DNA of 56,738 nucleotides from Caulobacter sp. (GCA_035627755.1 DASPLD010000221.1:1-56738); one strand, 5' to 3'; shown: positions 19,256-29,379, numbered from the stretch's first letter. The notes: generated by a model not told the origin, from the sequence alone. Program-made: numbers and translations.

Positions 19256-19579
19256 ATGGCCACCCGCACCGTGGAAAAAACCGATGGCGTCACCACCGAG
19301 CGCGAAGTGACGCGCGACGGCGGGACCCCTGTCTATGTCGAACGCAGCCGCGGCGGCAGCGCCGGGATCATCATCGGCATCGCCCTGTTGGCCCTGGTCG
19401 CCGTCGTGGCCTTCTTCTTCCTGGCCCAGGCCAACCGCAACGACGCCCTGCGGACCGACGCGGTGACCGACGCGGCGTCCAGCGTCGCCAGCTCCGCCTC
19501 CAACGCGGCCGAGAACGTCTCCGGCGCCGCCAACCGCGCGGCCGACAGCGTCACCCCGCCGGCCGCTCCGGGCGAATAG
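19256..19579 (+). CDS. Small single-TM protein with Ala/Ser-rich tail, probable stress protein
   Basis: SD GAGGA; TM GIIIGIALLALVAVVAFFFL; SigT-type promoter. Confidence 0.8.
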   Translation: MATRTVEKTDGVTTEREVTRDGGTPVYVERSRGGSAGIIIGIALLALVAVVAFFFLAQANRNDALRTDAVTDAASSVASSASNAAENVSGAANRAADSVTPPAAPGE

Positions 19580-19583
19580 CCGG

Positions 19584-19931
19584 TCAGGCGGTCACCACCG
19601 ATCCGGCCTCGAGCCGGACCGGCCAGGGCTCCAGCGCCTGACCGGCGCAGGGGCCGCTGGTCGAGACGCCGTCCGCGAGCCGGAACAGGGCCCCGTGTCC
19701 CCCACAGAGAATGCGGTCGCCCTCGCGCGTGAGGTAGCGGTCCATGATCGCCAGCGGCCAGCCGGCGTGCGGGCAGCGGTCGACGTAGCCGGCCACGACC
19801 TCGCCCTGGCGGACGACGAACCCGGCGAACAGCGCCTCGCCGGCCTGGAACCGGAAGCCCCGGGCGCCCGGATCGGCAAGGTCCGCCAGGGCGCAGAGCC
19901 GCGTCCCGGCCGGCGGCCTGGCCGGGTTCAG
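19584..19931 (-). CDS. Rieske [2Fe-2S] ferredoxin-like protein (probable CTG start)
   Basis: CPH...CGGHGALF...GPC motifs; the frame reads NPARPPAGTRLCALADL from CTG 19931, overlapping the yciI TGA. Confidence 0.82.
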   Translation of the reverse strand: MNPARPPAGTRLCALADLADPGARGFRFQAGEALFAGFVVRQGEVVAGYVDRCPHAGWPLAIMDRYLTREGDRILCGGHGALFRLADGVSTSGPCAGQALEPWPVRLEAGSVVTA

Positions 19932-20212
19932 GCCAGCCCCCCGACCGTCACCCGCCAGGGCCGCACGGTCGAGGCCTCGAACAGCCCCGCCAGCTTGTAG
20001 GGATCGCCATCGTGGAAGGCCTGGGCGGCCGCCAGGTTCTCGGCCTCGACGATCAGCATGGAGCCGGCCATCTCTTCCCCGTTCAGGAACGGACCGCCCA
20101 GCTTCACCACGCCGGGATGGGCCGCGACATAGTCCAAGTGGGCCTGGCGGGTCGCCAGCCGGATCGGCAGGCCGCCCTCGCGGTCGAGCCAGGAGATGAC
20201 GAACAGGGCCAT
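19928..20212 (-). CDS. YciI family protein
   Basis: MALFVI...R.ATRQAHLDY, GGP, GSMLIVEA, DPY...GLF; SD AAGGA. Confidence 0.92.
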   Translation of the reverse strand: MALFVISWLDREGGLPIRLATRQAHLDYVAAHPGVVKLGGPFLNGEEMAGSMLIVEAENLAAAQAFHDGDPYKLAGLFEASTVRPWRVTVGGLA

Positions 20213-20220
20213 GGTCTTCC

Positions 20221-21216
20221 TTATCGTTCGGATTTGAGGGGTCTTGCCAACAGGCCGAGGATGGCCTCGTCCACGCCGACCTCGCCGGCCAGGATCGCCG
20301 CCACCGCCTGGCAGATCGGCATCTCCGCCCCGAGCGCCGCGGCCAGGTCGCGGACCGCCGGCGCCGAGGCGACGCCCTCGGCCACCGACAGCTTGCCGGC
20401 CAGCGCCTCCTCCAGCGACTGGCCGCCGCCGAGCGCCAGCCCGACGCTCATGTTGCGCGACTGCGGGCTCGAACAGGTCAGCACCAGGTCGCCGAGGCCG
20501 CAGAGGCCGGCCACCGTCTCGGCCTCGCCGCCGAGCGCCACGGCCATTCGGGTCATCTCGGCGAACCCGCGGGTGATCAGGGCGGCGTGGGCGCTGCGGC
20601 CCAGGCCCTTGCCCTCGACGATGCCGCAGGCGATGGCCAGCACGTTCTTGATCGCCCCGCCCGCTTCCGCCCCGATCATGTCGGCGGCCAGGTAGGGCCG
20701 GAAGGTCGGGGTGGCGATGGCCTGGGCGAGCTCCCGGCCCAGGGCCTCGTCCGGACAGGCCAGGGTGACCGCCGTCGGCAGGCCGCGGGACACCTCGCCG
20801 GCGAAGCTGGGCCCCGACAGCACCGCCGGCGCGGCCTGCGGCAGCGTCTCGGCCAGCACCTGCGTCATCAGCTTCAAGGAGCGCTGTTCGACCCCCTTGC
20901 TGCACAGCAGGACCGGCAGGCCGGGCCGGGCATGCGGCGCGAACTCCGCCAGGGCCGAGCGCAGGAACTGGGCCGGGGCCACGGCCAGCACCAGGTCTGC
21001 GCCGGCGAGGTCGGCCATGTCGGTGGTCGCCGAGATGGCGTCGTCGAGGGTGACGCCGGGCAGGAACAGGCCGTTCTGGCGGGTCTCGCGGATTTGGGAG
21101 ACCACCTCCGCCTCCCGGGCCTGCAGGCAGACCGACAGCCCGGCCCGCGCCGCCACCTGGGCCAGGGCGGTGCCCCAGGCCCCGCCGCCGATCACTGCCG
21201 CCCGTTTCATGGCCAT
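20221..21216 (-). CDS. gpsA: NAD(P)H-dependent glycerol-3-phosphate dehydrogenase
   Basis: [41 protein letters not shown]. Confidence 0.97.
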   Translation of the reverse strand: MAMKRAAVIGGGAWGTALAQVAARAGLSVCLQAREAEVVSQIRETRQNGLFLPGVTLDDAISATTDMADLAGADLVLAVAPAQFLRSALAEFAPHARPGLPVLLCSKGVEQRSLKLMTQVLAETLPQAAPAVLSGPSFAGEVSRGLPTAVTLACPDEALGRELAQAIATPTFRPYLAADMIGAEAGGAIKNVLAIACGIVEGKGLGRSAHAALITRGFAEMTRMAVALGGEAETVAGLCGLGDLVLTCSSPQSRNMSVGLALGGGQSLEEALAGKLSVAEGVASAPAVRDLAAALGAEMPICQAVAAILAGEVGVDEAILGLLARPLKSER

Positions 21217-21226
21217 GCCGCACCCT

Positions 21227-22309
21227 TCATGATTTTGGACCTTTGCGCCCCGGGGCGTGGGTGGGGCTGCGGAGCGCCGCCGCCTGGTCGAGCGGCCAGC
21301 GCGGCCGCGCGACGGCGTCGAGCCCGTCGCTGATCCCCAGGGTCAGCCGCTCGGCCCCGGCCAGGGCGATCATCGCCGCGTTGTCGGTGCAATAGGCCAG
21401 CGGCGGGGCGGTGAAGCTGAACCCCCGCGTCTCGGCCACGGCCCGCAGCCGGGCGCGCACATGCCGGTTGGCCGCCACGCCGCCGGCCACCACGAAACGG
21501 CGCGCGCCGGGATGACGTTCGGCATAGGCGGCCATGGCCCGGTCAGACCGCTCGGCCAGCTGCCGGGCGATAGCTTCCTGCACGCTGGCCGCCAGATCGC
21601 CATGGTCGGCCTTGTCGACCTTCTCGGCCATCCGCGCCGCTGCGGTCTTCAGTCCGGAGAAGGAGAAGTCGCAGTCCTCGCGGCCGAGCAGCGAACGAGG
21701 CAGGGGGAACCGGCTGGCGTCGCCGCCTTCCGCCCGTTTTTCCAGCGCCGGGCCGCCGGGATAGGGCAGGCCCATCGCCTTGGCGATCTTGTCGAAGGCC
21801 TCGCCGGCGGCGTCGTCGATGGTCGAGCCGAGCCGCCGGCAGGCGCCGACCCCCTCGACCTCCAGCAGCTGGCAATGCCCTCCGCTGACCAGCAGCAGCA
21901 GGAAGGGGTAGGCCACCGCCGCGCCCAGCCGGGCCGAAACCGCGTGGCCCTCCAGGTGGTTGACCGCCACCAAGGGCAGGCCGCGCGCCAGGGCCACGGC
22001 CTTGCCGAAGCTCAGCCCCACCATCACCCCGCCGACCAGCCCTGGTCCTGCCGTCGCGGCGACACCCGTCAGCCCCTCATAGCCGATCCCGGCCTGGCCC
22101 ATGGCCTCGGCGGCGATCGCATCGATGCTCTCGACATGGGCCCGCGCCGCGATCTCCGGCACCACCCCCCCGAACGGGGCGTGCTGGGCGATCTGGCTGG
22201 CGATCACCGAGGACAGCACCTCCGACCGGCCCTCGCCGTCCAGGCGCACCACCGCCGCGGCCGTCTCGTCGCAGCTGGTCTCCAGGCCTAGGACGGTGTG
22301 GGTGGTCAT
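21227..22309 (-). CDS. tsaD: tRNA N6-threonylcarbamoyltransferase
   Basis: [55 protein letters not shown]. Confidence 0.97.
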   Translation of the reverse strand: MTTHTVLGLETSCDETAAAVVRLDGEGRSEVLSSVIASQIAQHAPFGGVVPEIAARAHVESIDAIAAEAMGQAGIGYEGLTGVAATAGPGLVGGVMVGLSFGKAVALARGLPLVAVNHLEGHAVSARLGAAVAYPFLLLLVSGGHCQLLEVEGVGACRRLGSTIDDAAGEAFDKIAKAMGLPYPGGPALEKRAEGGDASRFPLPRSLLGREDCDFSFSGLKTAAARMAEKVDKADHGDLAASVQEAIARQLAERSDRAMAAYAERHPGARRFVVAGGVAANRHVRARLRAVAETRGFSFTAPPLAYCTDNAAMIALAGAERLTLGISDGLDAVARPRWPLDQAAALRSPTHAPGRKGPKS

Positions 22310-22440
22310 CCAGATTGCCGCTGGGGGCCTGCTCCTGTAGCACCGGCCCGATTGTCCTGTTTGTCGTGGGGCGGCCGGCAAAACCGGTATCCGCCTTTGC
22401 CCGCCACACCACCATGAACGCCCGAGGTAGCCCTCCCGCC

Positions 22441-23394
22441 ATGTCGCCGCAACCACTCGTCCGGATCGGCACCCGCGCCTCCAAGCTGGCGCTGGCCCAG
22501 TCGGGCATGATGCAGCGGCGGATCGCCGCCGCCCTCGGCGCCTTCGACCGGGCCGACGAGGTCGCCCCGCTGGTCCGGATCACCACCACGGGGGACCGCA
22601 TCCAGGACCGGCGGCTGCTGGAGATCGGCGGCAAGGCGCTGTTCACCAAGGAGATCGAGGAGGCCCTGCTGGACGGCCGCATCGACGCGGCCGTCCATTC
22701 GATGAAGGACGTTCCCGCCGTGATGCCGCCCGGCCTGGTCATCGCCGCCATCCCCGAGCGGGAGGACCCCCGCGACGCCTTCATCAGCGAACGGTGGGAA
22801 ACGATCAGCGACCTGCCCCAGGGCGCCCGCCTCGGCACCGCCTCCCTCCGCCGCGCGGCCCAGTGCCTGGCCATGCGGCCGGACCTCGACATCGTCATGC
22901 TGCGTGGCAACGTCGACACCCGGCTGGCCAAGCTGGCGGCGGGCGAAGCCGACGCCATCCTGCTGGCGGCTTCGGGGCTCAACCGGCTGGGCCTGGGCGA
23001 GGTGGTCAGGAGCTTCCTCGACCCCATGGCCGCCCCGCCGGCCCCAGGGCAGGGCGCCCTGGCGATCCAGACCCGCGAAGAGGACGCCGACGCCGCCTGG
23101 CTGTCCGCCGTCCGCCACCCGGCCACCGCCATCGCCGTGGCCGCCGAGCGGGGGGCCCTGGCGGCCTTGGAAGGCAGCTGCCGCACCGCCGTCGGGGCGC
23201 ACGCCGTGATCGACGGCGGAATCCTGCGCCTCACGGTCGAGGCCTTGACCCCCGATGGCTCGGCCCGGTTCCGGCGCGAGGCCGCGATCACCCTGCCCGC
23301 CGAGGGCGCCGAGGACGCCGCCCGGGCCCTGGGGGCCGAAGTCGGCGAGGCGGTTCGCCGCGATGGCGGCGACCGCATCGTTCTGCATGACTGA
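22441..23394 (+). CDS. hemC: Hydroxymethylbilane synthase
   Basis: RIGTRASKLALAQ, TTGD, GKALFTKEIE, AVHSMKD, GTASLRR, RGNVDTRL, GSC. Confidence 0.97.
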   Translation: MSPQPLVRIGTRASKLALAQSGMMQRRIAAALGAFDRADEVAPLVRITTTGDRIQDRRLLEIGGKALFTKEIEEALLDGRIDAAVHSMKDVPAVMPPGLVIAAIPEREDPRDAFISERWETISDLPQGARLGTASLRRAAQCLAMRPDLDIVMLRGNVDTRLAKLAAGEADAILLAASGLNRLGLGEVVRSFLDPMAAPPAPGQGALAIQTREEDADAAWLSAVRHPATAIAVAAERGALAALEGSCRTAVGAHAVIDGGILRLTVEALTPDGSARFRREAAITLPAEGAEDAARALGAEVGEAVRRDGGDRIVLHD

Positions 23395-24073
23395 CGCGGG
23401 GCCCAGCGTCTGGATCACCCGCGCCCGTCCCGGCGCCGAGGAGACCGCCGCCCGCGTCGCCGCCCGGGGGTTCGCACCGGTCGTCGCGCCCCTGCTCGAG
23501 GCCCGGCCGGTGGGCGAGGGGCCGGTCGACCTGGCCGGCATTGGCGCCCTGGCCTTCACCAGCGCCCGGGGCGTTGAGGCCCTGGCCGGCCGCAGCCCGG
23601 TCCGCGATCTGCCGGTCTTCACGGTCGGCCCCGCCACGGCCCGGGCCGCCCGGGAGGCCGGCTTCGCCAGGGTGGTCTCCGGCAATGGCGACGTCGAGGC
23701 GCTGGCCGACCTGATCGCCGACCGCGCCCCGCGGACGGGCGCCATCCTGCATGCCGCCGCCGTCCAGCCGGCGGGAGACCTGGTCGGCGACCTGGTGCGG
23801 CGCGGCGTCCCGGCGCGGGCGCTGGCGGTCTACGAGACCGTCCTGGCCGACCCATCGGTCATCCTTCCCGACCTTCCGCAGCTTGCGGCCGCCCTGGTCC
23901 ACTCCCCCCGCGCGGCCCGCGCCCTGGCCGCCTTCCTGGCCGACCGGCCGACGCCCCGCCTGCGCCTGCTAGCCCTGTCGCCGGCGGTGGCCCAGCCGCT
24001 GGCGGGGCTGAAATGCGACGGGATCGCCGTCGCCCCGTTCCCCAACGACGCATCCCTGCTTAATCTCCTCTGA
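23387..24073 (+). CDS. hemD: Uroporphyrinogen-III synthase
   Basis: VWITRARPGA, AFTSARGV, VGPATA, VYET, HSPRAA; overlaps the hemC end. Confidence 0.92.
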   Translation: MTDAGPSVWITRARPGAEETAARVAARGFAPVVAPLLEARPVGEGPVDLAGIGALAFTSARGVEALAGRSPVRDLPVFTVGPATARAAREAGFARVVSGNGDVEALADLIADRAPRTGAILHAAAVQPAGDLVGDLVRRGVPARALAVYETVLADPSVILPDLPQLAAALVHSPRAARALAAFLADRPTPRLRLLALSPAVAQPLAGLKCDGIAVAPFPNDASLLNLL

Positions 24074-24112
24074 AAGCCGGCAAGGCCGACGCAAACGAAT
24101 CGCCCCGCACCC

Positions 24113-24982
24113 ATGACCGCGCCCGACACCGACGACATCATCCCGCCGCGCGACCCCGCGGATTTCGGACGTCGGCGAGGCCGCGGCGCTACCATCGTGG
24201 CGGTCTCGGCCCTGGTGCTGGTCAGCGTCGCGCTGGGCTTCGGGGCCGCCCAATTCGCCGACCGGGTGAACGCCCCCAGGTCCCCGCCCGCCGCGGCGCC
24301 GACGGTCGGCGTCCCGCCGGCGCTCGACACCGCCCCGCCCGCCGCAACCCCGCCTCTGGCCGGCGCGCCTTCGGACGCCCCCGTCACTTCCAGCGGCCTG
24401 GAGGCCCTGGATGCCCGGGTCGCCAGGCTGGAGGACGGCCAGCGCCGCACCCTCTCGGCGGCCGGCGCGGCCCTGGCCGCCGGCGCCCTGGCCGAGGCGG
24501 CCCAAACCTCCCGGCCGTTCGAGGCCGAACTCGCCGCCCTCGAGCAGGTCATGCCCCTGTCGGCCGACGTGCGCGCCCTGCGTCCCCTGGCCGAGACCGG
24601 AGCCCCCAGCCGCGCGGCCCTGGCCGCCGAGTTCAGCGCCGCCGCCGCCCGCGCCTCCGTCGAGGCCCGCGCGCCCGGCGAGGGGGCCAGCATCGGCGAC
24701 CGGTTGCTGCACGCCCTCTCCCGGGTGGTGACCATCCGCCGGGTCGGCTCGACGACGGGGAACAGCCCGGACGCCGTCCTGGCGCGCGCCGAACGGCAGG
24801 CGGCCGAGGGCGACCTGGCCGGCGCCCTCAACACCCTGCGGGCGCTCCCGCCCCGCGCCGCCGACGCCATGGGGGCCTGGCGGGCCCGGGCGCTGCAGCG
24901 GGTGACCCTCGACCGCCATCTGGCCAACATCCGCGCCCAGGCCCTGGCCGATCTGGCGGCGGCCCGCGGGGCGCGGCCATGA
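24113..24982 (+). CDS. COG4223 / mitofilin-domain inner membrane protein (alphaMic60-like)
   Basis: TM, coiled coil, then PFEAEL...ARAE....GDL..AL...W; canonical position after hemD. Confidence 0.8.
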   Translation: MTAPDTDDIIPPRDPADFGRRRGRGATIVAVSALVLVSVALGFGAAQFADRVNAPRSPPAAAPTVGVPPALDTAPPAATPPLAGAPSDAPVTSSGLEALDARVARLEDGQRRTLSAAGAALAAGALAEAAQTSRPFEAELAALEQVMPLSADVRALRPLAETGAPSRAALAAEFSAAAARASVEARAPGEGASIGDRLLHALSRVVTIRRVGSTTGNSPDAVLARAERQAAEGDLAGALNTLRALPPRAADAMGAWRARALQRVTLDRHLANIRAQALADLAAARGARP

Positions 24983-26508
24983 TCCGCACCGCCATCGTCC
25001 TGTTCCTGGTCGCCGCGGCGGCCGTGGCCATCCTGGCCCTGACCCGCGACGCCGGCGCCGCCCAGCTGACCTGGCTCGACTGGCGGATCGAGATGACGGC
25101 CGCCGCCGCCGCCCTGCTGGTACTGTTCGCCGCCCTGGCCGCCACCCTGTTCTGGCGCCTGGCCATCTGGCTGCTGGAGATGCCCAGGCGCGCCGAGCAG
25201 GCAAGGACCGAGCGCCGGCGGCGGGGGGCCGGCGAGGCCCTGGCCCGCGGCTTCCTGGCCTCGGCGGCCGGGGACGGCGGCGAGGCCCGGCGACAGGCCC
25301 TCAAGGCCGCGGAGCTCAGCGACGAGCACCCGGCCCTGGTCCGCATCCTGACCGCCCAGGCCGCCGAGACGGCGGGGGACCTGACCGCCGCCAAGGCCGC
25401 CTACGGCGCGATGGTGGCCTTCCCCGAGATGCGGCTCGCGGGCCTGAAGGGGCTGATGCAGACGGCTCTTGCCGAGGGGGACAGGGCCGCGGCCCTGCGT
25501 CATGCCGAAACCGCCTACGGCCTGGCCCGCACCGCCCGTTGGGCCTGGCGCGCCGTGCTGGAGGCGCGGCTGGAGGCCGGCGACTGGGCGGGCGCCCTGG
25601 AGCTGGTCAAGAGCGCGCTCGACCGCAAGATCGTCTCCCCGATCGTCGCCGACCGCACCCGCGCCGCCCTGCTGACCGCCCTGGCCGCCAGCCTCGAGGC
25701 CGGCCCCAGGACGGGGGACGACAAGGCCCGCAGGCAGGCCCTCGACCATGCCGTCCAGTCGGCCAGGCTGGCGCCGTCCTTCGCGCCGGGCGCGGTGATG
25801 GCCGCCCGGCTGGCCGGCGATGCGCGCCGCGCCGCCGGCTACATCGAGGCGGCCTGGAAGCTCGAGCCCCATCCGGCCCTGTGGCTGGCCTACCGCGACC
25901 TCAACACCGCCGAGACCCCGCGCGAGCGCGCCCGGCGCCTGGCGGCCCTGGCCGCCCTCAAGCCGGACCACCGCGAGTCCCGCATCCTGATGGTCGAGCA
26001 GGCCCTGATCGCCGGCGAGATCGGCGCCGCCCGCGCCGCCGCAGCCGAGCTGTCGGAGGAACCGCTGACCGCCCGGCTGGCCGGCCTGTTCGCCCGGGCC
26101 GCCAACGCCGCCGGCGCCCTCGACGAGGCCCGCGCCTGGATCGCCCGCGGCGCGGCCGCCCCGCAGGAGGCCGACTGGTCCGACCTCGACCCCGAGGGCC
26201 AGGCCTTCAACTATCAGCCTGGCGACTGGGCCCGGCTGGTCGCCACCTACGGCGAGACCGGCGAGCTGATCCATCCACGTCTGGAGCGCCGAGAGCGGGC
26301 GATGAGCGACCTGCCCGAACTGCCGGTCTCCTATGTCGAGAGCACCCCCTTCGTGGCCGCCGCCGAGACCGGCGCCGTCGCCCTGGCCATCGACGACCCC
26401 GGCATCGACGGCCTCTACGAGCCCGAGCCCGAGGAACCGCCCCCCGAGGCGACGGCGCCCAAAGGCCGACGCCGCCGCTTGGCAACCGCCCCGCGCCCCG
26501 CTAAATAG
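24979..26508 (+). CDS. HemY-N/TPR membrane protein (Orf52-like)
   Basis: Two N-terminal TMs, TPR-like helices, AW...PHPAL; ATGA overlap with the upstream gene. Confidence 0.82.
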   Translation: MIRTAIVLFLVAAAAVAILALTRDAGAAQLTWLDWRIEMTAAAAALLVLFAALAATLFWRLAIWLLEMPRRAEQARTERRRRGAGEALARGFLASAAGDGGEARRQALKAAELSDEHPALVRILTAQAAETAGDLTAAKAAYGAMVAFPEMRLAGLKGLMQTALAEGDRAAALRHAETAYGLARTARWAWRAVLEARLEAGDWAGALELVKSALDRKIVSPIVADRTRAALLTALAASLEAGPRTGDDKARRQALDHAVQSARLAPSFAPGAVMAARLAGDARRAAGYIEAAWKLEPHPALWLAYRDLNTAETPRERARRLAALAALKPDHRESRILMVEQALIAGEIGAARAAAAELSEEPLTARLAGLFARAANAAGALDEARAWIARGAAAPQEADWSDLDPEGQAFNYQPGDWARLVATYGETGELIHPRLERRERAMSDLPELPVSYVESTPFVAAAETGAVALAIDDPGIDGLYEPEPEEPPPEATAPKGRRRRLATAPRPAK

Positions 26509-26536
26509 CGGCTCCCCCAGGACAGCCTGTCTTCGG

Positions 26537-26612
26537 GCCGCCTTAGCTCAGCCGGTAGAGCGGCGCATTCGTAATGCGTAGGTCAGGTGTTCGAGTCACC
26601 TAGGCGGCACCA
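26537..26612 (+). tRNA. tRNA-Thr (CGT)
   Basis: GCCGCCT/AGGCGGC stem, anticodon loop TTCGTAA, GTTCGAGTC, CCA. Confidence 0.96.
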
Positions 26613-26770
26613 CTCCTGCTTCGCCCCACCGGCTTCGCAGGGCTGGTCCTGACATTCGACGGCGAAGCAGGTCCGCAGCCTTGGCGAAGGAGGGCCGCCG
26701 GACGCTTTCACGCCCCTGGTTCTGAAACCATCGTTCTGCGATGATCTCCCATCTGTCGGGGAGTCCGTCC

Positions 26771-27346
26771 ATGAAACGACTGCTGACCATGATCGCCCTG
26801 GCCTGCGCCATCGCCGCACCAGCCGCCGCCGCGCCCAAGGATCCCGGCAAGCCGGACATGTACGGCAACGATCCGCACTGGGTGAAGGACGTGCTCTACA
26901 AGTGCGTGGTCTACACCAGCCGGCCCGACCCCAAGGCCTTCGTCCGCTGGTACGGCAAGTGCGTCAACGGCGTCGCCGAGGGCCAGGGCTCGATGGTCTG
27001 GTACGTGAACAACCGCTACGCCGCCAAGTACGAGGGGCCGGTGGTCAAGGGGGCGCGGCACGGGCGTGGGACCTACTGGGCCGCCAGCGGCGACCGGTTC
27101 ACCGTCGAGTGGGTGTTCGGCGTCCCGCACGGGGCCGGAACCTGGGTCTATGCCGACGGCTCGCGGCTGGAGGCCCGCTTCTACGACGGCGAGGCGCGGG
27201 GCTTCGTGACCTACGCCATGGCCGACGGCGGATACTACAGCGGCGACGCCAACGGCGCCGGCGAGATCCGCTACCAGGACGGCCGCAAGGTCCAGGCGAA
27301 AATGGCCTTCGCCAACTACCGCAAGCCGGTGGTCACCCCGGACTGA
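26771..27346 (+). CDS. Secreted MORN-repeat-like protein
   Basis: Signal peptide MKRLLTMIALACAIAAPAAA; repeats YEG....RHGRGTY..ASGDR / HGAGTWVYADGS. Confidence 0.78.
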   Translation: MKRLLTMIALACAIAAPAAAAPKDPGKPDMYGNDPHWVKDVLYKCVVYTSRPDPKAFVRWYGKCVNGVAEGQGSMVWYVNNRYAAKYEGPVVKGARHGRGTYWAASGDRFTVEWVFGVPHGAGTWVYADGSRLEARFYDGEARGFVTYAMADGGYYSGDANGAGEIRYQDGRKVQAKMAFANYRKPVVTPD

Positions 27347-27745
27347 TCACTCGAGGGGGTAGCCCTCCTTGAGGTCGACCAGGTCGCGGCACAGGCTGCC
27401 GGAATCCATGATCACCTGGTCGGCGCCGACGAACAGGCACCAGTAGGTGGTGTCGCCGCCGCGGTTGCGGACGCCGTTGCCGCGCATCAGGGTCATCGGC
27501 TGGGAGAACTTGATCCCGGCGTTCGGGAACTCCACGGTCAGGGTGTAGCTGCCCGACCAGGTCCCGATCATGCTCTCGTCCTGCAGGGCGTAGGTGCGGT
27601 CGCCCCAGCCGCCGCCGCTGAAGGTGATCCGGTAGGGCTGGCCCTCTGGCCCGCGCAGCAGGATCAGCTCGTTGGCGCAGGCCGCGCCGGCGAAGAGGCT
27701 GAAGGCGGCGGCGGCGAGCGCCAGGCTAAGGGGTCTGGTGGCCAT
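27347..27745 (-). CDS. Secreted hypothetical protein
   Basis: Signal peptide MATRPLSLALAAAAFSLFAGAACA; SD AGGAAGGA; strong G/C third-position bias. Confidence 0.75.
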   Translation of the reverse strand: MATRPLSLALAAAAFSLFAGAACANELILLRGPEGQPYRITFSGGGWGDRTYALQDESMIGTWSGSYTLTVEFPNAGIKFSQPMTLMRGNGVRNRGGDTTYWCLFVGADQVIMDSGSLCRDLVDLKEGYPLE

Positions 27746-27898
27746 GGGGTCCTTCCTGTCGCCGCCGAACCTGGGCCGGTCCGGACGACGGCGCTTCCCC
27801 GGAAAAGGGGGTCGCCAGCTACGGCGCGCCGAAATCCAAGCCCCGCCGGACTGAGATCCCGGACCTGGCTTCAGGTTCTGAAGGGCCTCCCGGCCTAA

Positions 27899-28204
27899 CT
27901 AGCCGAGCAGCCTGACCAGCGCCGGCGCGGCGATGTTCCCCCACAGCAGGCTGACGAAGATGATGATCAGGATGGCGACCAGGCCGCTGATGTCCAGCTG
28001 GCCCCAGCGCGGCAGAACCCTGCGCAGCGGCCGCAGGATCGGCTCGGTGATGGCGTCCAGGAACTGGCTGATCTGGTAGACGAAGCGGTTGCGCAGGTTG
28101 ATGACGTCGAACGCCACCAGCCAGCTGATGACCGCCTGCAGGATCAACAGCCAGATCGCCAGGTTGAGGATGATCGCAACGATCTCGGCAATCGCTCTGC
28201 CCAT
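27899..28204 (-). CDS. YggT family membrane protein
   Basis: SWLVAFDVIN.RN...ITEPILRPLRR.LP....DIS. Confidence 0.92.
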   Translation of the reverse strand: MGRAIAEIVAIILNLAIWLLILQAVISWLVAFDVINLRNRFVYQISQFLDAITEPILRPLRRVLPRWGQLDISGLVAILIIIFVSLLWGNIAAPALVRLLG

Positions 28205-28357
28205 GGGCCGGTCCCTTCCGCGCCCCCGGGGCGCCTGCTCAGAATGCGGAGTCTAGCGGGGCCCCGCGCCTGCGGCAACGTCGGGACCGCGCCGCGTCCC
28301 CGCCTTGACAGGCAAAGCCCCCCCGCCGTATGTGCCGCCCTTCCCTCGTCCTGGGAG

Positions 28358-28433
28358 GGGGCCGTAGCTCAGTTGGTAGAGCGCCTCGTTCGCAATGAGG
28401 AGGTCAGGGGTTCGACTCCCCTCGGCTCCACCA
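28358..28433 (+). tRNA. tRNA-Ala (CGC)
   Basis: GGGGCCG/CGGCTCC stem with G3:U70, loop TTCGCAA, GGTTCGACTCC, CCA; TTGACA at 28305. Confidence 0.97.
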
Positions 28434-28449
28434 GGAACCCCCGATCGGC

Positions 28450-29355
28450 TCAGGCCGCCATCGCCTTGCGGGTTTCCTCCACCTCGGCCATCAGCCAGTC
28501 GCGGAACTGGCGGATCTTGCGCGCCCGCCGCCGGTGCTCGGGCCAGACGATCCAGGAATAGAGGCCGAGGTCGCAGACCTGGGGAAATAGCCGCACCAGC
28601 CGGCCGTCGGCCATGTCCTGGCGCCAGAGGAAGGGCGTCAGCATGGCCACTCCCTGGCCGGCCATGGCGGCGTGGCCCTCGTTGGCCTGGGTATCCAGGC
28701 GAACGCCGGGCAGGGGCCCGCGGTCGGAGTCCGGGAGGCCGGCGTCGCGGAACCAGCAGTCCCAGCTCGGCTGGTCGGGGCTGATTAGCGGGACCTTCAG
28801 GAGGTCGGCGGGCGTGGCGATGCCGTCGTGGGCGGCGCGGAAGGCCGGGCTGCACATCGGGGTGAAGTCGTGCAGCAGCAGCCGCTGCGCCTCCAGGCCG
28901 GGCCAGTCCCCGGAGGTCCCCGACCGGATCGCCACGTCGACGCCGTCCTTGCCGAAATCGACCAGGCTGTTGTCGGCCAGCAGGCGCACGGCGATCTCGG
29001 GATGGGACAGCTGGAACCGCCCCAGCCGCCAGGCCAGCCAGGTGTTGGCGAAGGTGAGGGTGCTGGAAATGGTCAGGCTGGTCTCGTCCTCGGCCCGGAA
29101 CTCGGCGAAGGCCGCCTCGATCTCGCCAAGGCCCCGGGCGACGCCGGCGGCGGCGCGGCGGCCCGCCTCGGTCAGCTCGACCCGTTGGCGCGCGCGGCGG
29201 AACAGCTGCTGGCCCAGCCGGTCCTCGAGCACCTTGACCTGGTGACTGACCGCCGCCTGGGTCATGCCCAGCTCCGCCGCGGCGGCGGTGAAGGTCTCGT
29301 GCCGGGCGGCGGCCTCGAACACGCGGACGGCATTGAGGGGCGGCAGGACGCGCAT
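28450..29355 (-). CDS. LysR-type transcriptional regulator (GcvA-like)
   Basis: LPPLNAVRVFEAAARH..FT.AA.EL..TQAAVS.QVK.LE..LG..LF.R. Confidence 0.95.
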   Translation of the reverse strand: MRVLPPLNAVRVFEAAARHETFTAAAAELGMTQAAVSHQVKVLEDRLGQQLFRRARQRVELTEAGRRAAAGVARGLGEIEAAFAEFRAEDETSLTISSTLTFANTWLAWRLGRFQLSHPEIAVRLLADNSLVDFGKDGVDVAIRSGTSGDWPGLEAQRLLLHDFTPMCSPAFRAAHDGIATPADLLKVPLISPDQPSWDCWFRDAGLPDSDRGPLPGVRLDTQANEGHAAMAGQGVAMLTPFLWRQDMADGRLVRLFPQVCDLGLYSWIVWPEHRRRARKIRQFRDWLMAEVEETRKAMAA

Positions 29356-29364
29356 CGGCGAATG

Positions 29365-29379
29365 ATTAGCCCTGCTTAT
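29365..29379. promoter_or_regulatory. LysR T-N11-A box
   Basis: ATTAG-N5-CTTAT between lysR and the divergent small ORF. Confidence 0.5.

Noticed and set aside
19928-21223. 431-aa ORF suggesting a long YciI fusion
   Set aside because: The upstream part is an alternative frame of gpsA; YciI has its own SD and ATG at 20212.
26537-28433. Integrated element between tRNA-Thr and tRNA-Ala
   Set aside because: No integrase, no duplicated tRNA 3' end seen, and yggT is a core gene.
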